Below are positions 18,111 to 23,026 of a stretch of 23,026 nt of DNA, one piece after another. The notes under the pieces are model-generated. The model ran no database searches. It was not told the DNA's origin and saw nothing but the letters and a program-made list of their open reading frames with translations. The translations under genes and the position numbers were made by a program. Position 1 is the stretch's first letter, and each line of letters opens with the position of its first letter. This DNA is from a bacterium (lineage in GTDB: Bacteria; Hydrothermota; 32-111), in NCBI GenBank assembly GCA_046484245.1, contig JAWOBN010000116.1, positions 1-23,026 on the forward strand, read 5' to 3'.

Positions 18111-19163
18111 TCATTGACTGTCCAGGTCAATAATTGTGTACTGAGTTGATCCCATGCCGAGTGACTCTGCGTATTCCAGTTGCCTGTTCCCGCTGACATT
18201 ATTAATTTTGAGGAATGCATCTTCAGTTTCATACATTTCATTGACCATATCAAGAGAGGCCTTATCCAGTGCAACAATATCAGTTGATGCAAGTATGCCA
18301 ATATCCTCAATAAACGGAGACCCCGGATTTCTTGCACAATCGCATGCAGGCGTGATATTTGCAAGCACATTGATATACACCATATCGTATCTTGAAGAGA
18401 TTGCAAAGGCATATTCAACAAGATGTTCAAGGAACACCTGTTGACGCTTCACATTATCAGGTGCTGTCATTGCATCCTGCGCGCATTCTGTGATACACTG
18501 TCCGCAACCTGTGCATTTACTGTAGTCAATCTCAAATGTCTCCGGATTTATTGCATCAACAGGGCAATTCACTGCACATTTGCCGCACTGATTGCATTTT
18601 TCGGGATTATACTGGGGGATAAATGAATTGTGCATATCCCTTTTGCCTGAAGCTGTGCCCAGCCCCATTGCAACATTCTTGACAGCGCCTCCGAATCCGG
18701 CACTCTTATGACCCTTGAAATGGGAATATATGATATAGGTATCATACCTGTTCATATGCCTGCCGATATAAAATTCACTGAAATACTGCAGATCATCCAT
18801 ATAGAGCGTATCAATACCCGATGAATCCAGTATGTCAATGGGCGCAAAATCAAACCCATGCTCTTTGGCTAACTTAATGTGGGAAAGTGTCTTCTGACGG
18901 GGTGAGGTGTAGAGCACATTGGTCTCCACAAATGTGCCACCCACTGCTTCCATCAAATCCCTGACAAGATAAGGTTTGAGATAATAATCATTGCCCGCTT
19001 CCCCGAAATGCAGTTTTACGGCGACATCGCCTTTCACATTGTCACTGATCTCCTCATATACCCTCATCACACCCTCAGGGGAAATATCACTGGTGAAGTA
19101 CACCTCAGAGGCATAAACACCAAAAGCTAGAACAGCAGCAAGAATAATCAGCAATCTTTTCAT
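18111..19163 (-). CDS. DUF362-domain Fe-S protein with N-terminal signal peptide
   Basis: VAVKLHFGE, ETNVLY, SHFKGH..GFGGAVKN, PACDC, DIGILASTDIVALD; inserted 2x[4Fe-4S] motifs CNQCGKC...CP and CTGCGQC...C. Confidence 0.88.
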   Translation of the reverse strand: MKRLLIILAAVLAFGVYASEVYFTSDISPEGVMRVYEEISDNVKGDVAVKLHFGEAGNDYYLKPYLVRDLMEAVGGTFVETNVLYTSPRQKTLSHIKLAKEHGFDFAPIDILDSSGIDTLYMDDLQYFSEFYIGRHMNRYDTYIIYSHFKGHKSAGFGGAVKNVAMGLGTASGKRDMHNSFIPQYNPEKCNQCGKCAVNCPVDAINPETFEIDYSKCTGCGQCITECAQDAMTAPDNVKRQQVFLEHLVEYAFAISSRYDMVYINVLANITPACDCARNPGSPFIEDIGILASTDIVALDKASLDMVNEMYETEDAFLKINNVSGNRQLEYAESLGMGSTQYTIIDLDSQ

Positions 19164-19169
19164 ATTATA

Positions 19170-19583
19170 TTACCAGTTGAACATTCCGCTCATCACTGCT
19201 GCACCGCCCATGAGAAAATAATAAACTACCCAGGCTGTGCCTGCTAAAAGAACACCAATAGTGCCTCCTATAAAAGCTGATATTGCCTGTCTCTGTTTTA
19301 CTTTTGGTCCATAGGCTGATTGAAAGCCCATCATATATTCATTACCCTTGCCCATTGCACTCATGGGCACCTGCGGTGACATCAAAAAACCGACAAGTGT
19401 AGCACCAAGACAACCCAGGCTATTAAGGCAGCATCCTCCTCCAAATCCTATTGCTGTCCACATTGTTGTGGACTTACTCTTTGCAGCCCTTTCACCTGCC
19501 ATTACACCATCTGTATAGTTATCAGCAAAACAGATAGAAAAAACAAATGAAATGACCAAAAGTAAAACTGTGATCTTCTTCAT
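19170..19583 (-). CDS. Hypothetical membrane protein with signal peptide
   Basis: GGAGG RBS; MKKITVLLLVISFVFSICFA signal; Gly-rich hydrophobic segments. Confidence 0.8.
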   Translation of the reverse strand: MKKITVLLLVISFVFSICFADNYTDGVMAGERAAKSKSTTMWTAIGFGGGCCLNSLGCLGATLVGFLMSPQVPMSAMGKGNEYMMGFQSAYGPKVKQRQAISAFIGGTIGVLLAGTAWVVYYFLMGGAAVMSGMFNW

Positions 19584-19609
19584 TATTCCTCCGTATTTAG
19601 ATTAAATTT

Positions 19610-19637
19610 ATTCTATTATAAACATTCTACTTGTCAA
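19610..19637 (-). promoter_or_regulatory. Putative promoter for 19583-18111
   Basis: Minus strand TTGACA-N16-TAGAAT, overlapping the photolyase 3' end. Confidence 0.55.
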
Positions 19638-20970
19638 GAGAATTGACTCTCTTGATATATGAGTCCATGTCAAATTTCCTCTCAAGGCCCTTTCTGCTCA
19701 TATATCTCAGTTTACCCAATACAGGCCTCTCCCTGAATGCCCTGTCATGCTTGCCGAAGCACCACAGCACTCCTGTAAAACCATTGGGGTCCCTGCCGTC
19801 CAGTTCATATTTATTATTGAGATTAAGCATTATATCATATGCCTTTTCATAGGAGTCAGTCCATTCAATGATTTTCTTTCCCCAGTACATACGCATATAT
19901 CCGTGCATCTTGCCTGTCAGAACCATCTCCCTCTGTGCAGCATTCCAGTATTTATCATGTGTCCTGCTGTTTTCAAATTGCTTCCGTGAATAATCATATT
20001 CCCTCTTGTCCTCCTTATGCTCTCTCATTGTCTTTTTTGCCCAGTCAGGCAGGCCCTCAAGTGAATCATAATTATCATTATAATAAATGAAATTAAGAGC
20101 AAGTTCCCTTCTGACTAAAACCTGTTCAATAAAATCATCTGCATTCCTGCTCAGTGCACTGTCAACAATCCTCAGTGGTGATATCTGTCCGAAATGAATA
20201 TACGGGCTGAGATTGGATTGTAAATTCTTGCCGGGATCATTGCTCAATTCACTGTAATATTCAATATTATTCTCCATAAAATCCTTGAGAACCTCCAATG
20301 CCTTATCTTCACCGCCGTCAAATATAGAGAACTTTACCGACTTGTCCATACTAATGGTTTCAAGCAGATCCTCAATGTCATATTCCGCATCTTTCCACTC
20401 CCGCTTATTGTTCACATTCTCCTTTTGAGGCAGTTGCAGATACTGAGCAAACTCGTTCATGATATTCTTCCTGATTGTATATGCTGCGTATTCCTCCTTA
20501 TCGGAAGCTGATTCAACAGGCACAACTGCATCTGATTCAATCTGAAACATCGGGATATTTATACTCTGGGCAATACTCTTTCTCCACTGTCTCTGTATTC
20601 TCAAATACCCCCTGTCAGTAATAAGAAGAGATGCGCTCTTGCACTCATCCGGGATTATGACTTCAGGGTCCCCTCTGAGTATTTTAAACACAATACCCCT
20701 CTGCCTTAATCTTTCAGCAGTTTCAATTATCCCCTCCAGCATGAATCTGTAATGTCGCGCATTTGCATCAGGGAAGTCAGTCAGTACAAATACAGTGAGC
20801 AGCGGTTTATTGAGTTCATTCGCCCTCTTCACTCCGTATTCAAGTGCATGATTGTCCTCAGCTCTCCGGGACTGCTGCATCCAGTATATCACATATTCAC
20901 CATCAGAACGGGTTCTGTTATTGAGTAATTGAATCCTGTCTTTGAATATCTGCGGATTATTGGTCTGCAT
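19627..20970 (-). CDS. phrB: Class II CPD photolyase (deoxyribodipyrimidine photo-lyase)
   Basis: YWMQ..RAEDNHAL, SNLSPYIHFGQIS, VRRELA, GKMHGYMRMYWGKKI, LDGRDPNG (class II signatures). Start uncertain (ATG 20970 or 20985). Confidence 0.93.
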   Translation of the reverse strand: MQTNNPQIFKDRIQLLNNRTRSDGEYVIYWMQQSRRAEDNHALEYGVKRANELNKPLLTVFVLTDFPDANARHYRFMLEGIIETAERLRQRGIVFKILRGDPEVIIPDECKSASLLITDRGYLRIQRQWRKSIAQSINIPMFQIESDAVVPVESASDKEEYAAYTIRKNIMNEFAQYLQLPQKENVNNKREWKDAEYDIEDLLETISMDKSVKFSIFDGGEDKALEVLKDFMENNIEYYSELSNDPGKNLQSNLSPYIHFGQISPLRIVDSALSRNADDFIEQVLVRRELALNFIYYNDNYDSLEGLPDWAKKTMREHKEDKREYDYSRKQFENSRTHDKYWNAAQREMVLTGKMHGYMRMYWGKKIIEWTDSYEKAYDIMLNLNNKYELDGRDPNGFTGVLWCFGKHDRAFRERPVLGKLRYMSRKGLERKFDMDSYIKRVNSLDK

Positions 20971-21010
20971 ATGATTATTATGCATTAAATGGAAAAAATT
21001 GCAATTAAAT

Positions 21011-21036
21011 TGTAACATTTGCAGGCAGTAACCGTA
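21011..21036 (+). promoter_or_regulatory. Putative ECF sigma-factor promoter
   Basis: TGTAAC-N16-CGTA, matching the AAC/CGT ECF consensus (compare B. subtilis sigW TGAAAC-N16-CGTA). Confidence 0.55.
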
Positions 21037-21060
21037 TTATCTAATAAAAAAGGAGGAACA

Positions 21061-21195
21061 ATGAAAAACTTAGTCAGCACAATAAACAATGGGAAAGAAC
21101 AGATTCTATACTCAATGCTCTCTGCTTTAATACTTGCACTTCCCGTAATTTTCCTTAGAATCAGTATTGGGCTCATCAATAATATGTCAATATGA
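21061..21195 (+). CDS. Small 44-aa single-pass membrane protein (not in ORF track)
   Basis: AAGGAGG RBS 4 nt before the ATG; MKNLVSTINNGKEQILYSMLSALILALPVIFLRISIGLINNMSI*; the stop is followed by the GGAGG RBS of the next gene. Confidence 0.7.
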   Translation: MKNLVSTINNGKEQILYSMLSALILALPVIFLRISIGLINNMSI

Positions 21196-21208
21196 ACCGG
21201 AGGATAAA

Positions 21209-22009
21209 ATGAAGAAAATTTTACTCATTGCAGTCATAACTGTCATTGCGGCAGCACCCTTCTTTGCAGAGAATATCTACACGAAGAACGGATACCATAT
21301 TGAGGACATTGAAGAGAAGATAAATCTCAGTAAGAGCAAAACTGTCACTGTGACAAACAAGAACGGGTCTGTGAACCTTGAACAATGGTCAAAGGACTAT
21401 GCAGAGATCAAGGTACAGAAAATAGCCCGAAAGAAAGATGACCTAAATTATATTGAAATCAAGAACAATAATACTGCTCAGCGGCTTGAAATATTCACTG
21501 ATTTTTCCTCAAAGAACCTCAGCGACATTGCAGTTAATTACACAATACGCATTCCAAAGAATTGTACTGTGGAAATGATAAAGACATCCAATGGGGCCAT
21601 TGAGGTCAGTAATATCACATCAGACATTGAGATGAAGACCTCAAATGGTCCAATCCGTGCAGACAATGTCTCCGGTACAGTCAATGCCTATTCAAGCAAT
21701 GGCCCTGTCAGTATAAAGGATGCGGGCAGTATAGGCCGGATAATCACATCCAATGGACCGGTTGAAGCGGATGTGCCTGATATTGACAATGATTGCACAA
21801 TCAAAACATCCAATGCTCCGGTGAACATCAGTCTGAAGGGATTCAGCGGTATAATCAATGCCGGGACATCCAATGGCGCCATCAAGGTAGAGGGCAAGGG
21901 ACTCACTATTGACAAACTGGACGAGAATCAGTTAAAGGCATCTGCAGGTGACAAGAATGTCACACTGAGTATTGTAACAAGCAACAGCAGAATAACAATA
22001 AAGAGATAA
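21209..22009 (+). CDS. DUF4097 family beta-strand-repeat protein with signal peptide
   Basis: GGAGG RBS, MKKILLIAVITVIAAAPFFA signal, repeated TSNG(A/P)(I/V) units; start reassigned from 21167 to ATG 21209. Confidence 0.88.
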   Translation: MKKILLIAVITVIAAAPFFAENIYTKNGYHIEDIEEKINLSKSKTVTVTNKNGSVNLEQWSKDYAEIKVQKIARKKDDLNYIEIKNNNTAQRLEIFTDFSSKNLSDIAVNYTIRIPKNCTVEMIKTSNGAIEVSNITSDIEMKTSNGPIRADNVSGTVNAYSSNGPVSIKDAGSIGRIITSNGPVEADVPDIDNDCTIKTSNAPVNISLKGFSGIINAGTSNGAIKVEGKGLTIDKLDENQLKASAGDKNVTLSIVTSNSRITIKR

Positions 22010-22039
22010 GAAGCAGCCCTACAGGGCTGCTCATCTCTT
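22001..22039 (+). terminator. Stem-loop, probable intrinsic terminator
   Basis: AGCAGCCC-TACA-GGGCTGCT hairpin (22012-22031) with outer AAGAGAT/ATCTCTT pairing; weak U-tract. Confidence 0.55.
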
Positions 22040-22042
22040 AAA

Positions 22043-22070
22043 TTGACTTTTTTCATATCTCCTGTAAAAT
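22043..22070 (+). promoter_or_regulatory. Putative promoter of trkH
   Basis: TTGACT-N16-TAAAAT, ending 6 nt before the GTG at 22077. Confidence 0.65.
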
Positions 22071-22076
22071 AAATGT

Positions 22077-23026
22077 GTGATTAAAGCATACAGTATCAGA
22101 AGGATAGAGCATATCCTTCACCATATATCCATACTGGTGGCTCTTGAGGGCTTCATGTTTTTTATTCCATTGATTGTCGGTTTAATATATAATGAGACTT
22201 CCATTATACACTTGCTGACAAGGGCTTTTATCATACCTGGTTCACTCATGATAATAATCGGACTTATTGTCAACAGGTTCACAAGACCCGGTGATATGCA
22301 ATTGAAGGATGCAATGTTTATCTGTACACTGACCTGGATAGTATTCTCAATACTCGGCGCAATACCCTTTATTGTACTTGCAGACATGAGTTTTATTGAT
22401 TCTTTCTTTGAGACAATGTCCGGATTTACAACAACAGGCATAACACTTATACAGGGACTGGACAAACTGCCATACTCAATACTGCTGTGGCGGGCACTGA
22501 TACAATGGATCGGGGGACTCGGCATTCTCTCCGTCTTTATTCTGATAGGATTCAAAGGCGCTGCTGCTGTGGATAAACTCTTCTTTTCCGAAACACATAA
22601 GATAGCTGCAGAAAAACCCCATCCCGGTATATTCAATACAGTCAAGACACTCTGGAAACTCTATATAGGATTCACCCTCGCAGAAATGCTGATATTATTC
22701 CTGCTCGGTCTGGGTCCATTTGACGCATTGACACATTCTTTAACCACTGTAGCGACAGGCGGTTTTTCCATTCATGACAGTTCCATTGCCCACTTCAGGA
22801 TAGCCGGCTACAGTAATTTCAATCTGATTGAAATAACAGTAATGCTATTCATGATGATAGGGGGAATTAATTTCCTAGTCCACTACAATGTTCTGACAGG
22901 CAATATAAAATCACTATGGAAGAATTTTGAGATGAAGTATTTCTGGATATTCCTCTTGGGCGGCATCAGTATAATAGCATTGACAAGCATTATCAATACA
23001 GGCATTGATTATCACTTTGACGGCCT
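22077..23026 (+). CDS. trkH: TrkH family potassium uptake membrane protein, N-terminal part (runs off the right edge)
   Basis: Not in the ORF track. Manual translation: MIKAYSIRRIEHILHHISILVALEGFMFFIP...SFFETMSGFTTTGIT...LLWRALIQWIGGLGI...TTVATGGFS...MMIGGINF. Confidence 0.92.
   Translation, partial: MIKAYSIRRIEHILHHISILVALEGFMFFIPLIVGLIYNETSIIHLLTRAFIIPGSLMIIIGLIVNRFTRPGDMQLKDAMFICTLTWIVFSILGAIPFIVLADMSFIDSFFETMSGFTTTGITLIQGLDKLPYSILLWRALIQWIGGLGILSVFILIGFKGAAAVDKLFFSETHKIAAEKPHPGIFNTVKTLWKLYIGFTLAEMLILFLLGLGPFDALTHSLTTVATGGFSIHDSSIAHFRIAGYSNFNLIEITVMLFMMIGGINFLVHYNVLTGNIKSLWKNFEMKYFWIFLLGGISIIALTSIINTGIDYHFDG

Noticed and set aside
22118..22645. 175-aa minus-strand ORF and other antisense ORFs over conserved genes
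   Set aside because: Shadows of trkH and other well-supported genes on the opposite strand

Overview
Bacterial DNA of moderate-to-low GC using the standard genetic code. A T9SS/Por-type sorting tail suggests an FCB-related lineage, but this is tentative. Left part (minus strand): a partial PAS-domain sensor gene, an EFR1-type flavodoxin-ferredoxin, and a secreted protein with about 14 LVIVD repeats whose gene is bracketed by mosaics of 7-bp repeats. Centre: a tightly overlapping minus-strand housekeeping operon nadE-Crp/Fnr-DUF1385-prfA-prmC-nadK-recN-M50 peptidase-priA. The most notable locus is a ChlI/ChlD-like (chelatase-type AAA+ plus VWA) gene split into two reading frames that overlap only at an A9 run and the 9 nt after it (A9 at 15452-15460). 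This looks like a programmed -1 frameshift or slippage site giving a 363-aa AAA+ protein and a ~717-aa AAA+-VWA fusion; no chelatase large-subunit gene is in the window. Right part: GT4 glycosyltransferase, signal-peptide DUF362 Fe-S protein, small membrane protein, class II CPD photolyase, an ECF-type promoter ahead of an unannotated 44-aa membrane peptide and a DUF4097 protein, and a partial trkH. Two intergenic non-coding elements carry related GGGACGGT terminal inverted repeats. Five or six sigma70-like promoters share a 16-bp spacer.
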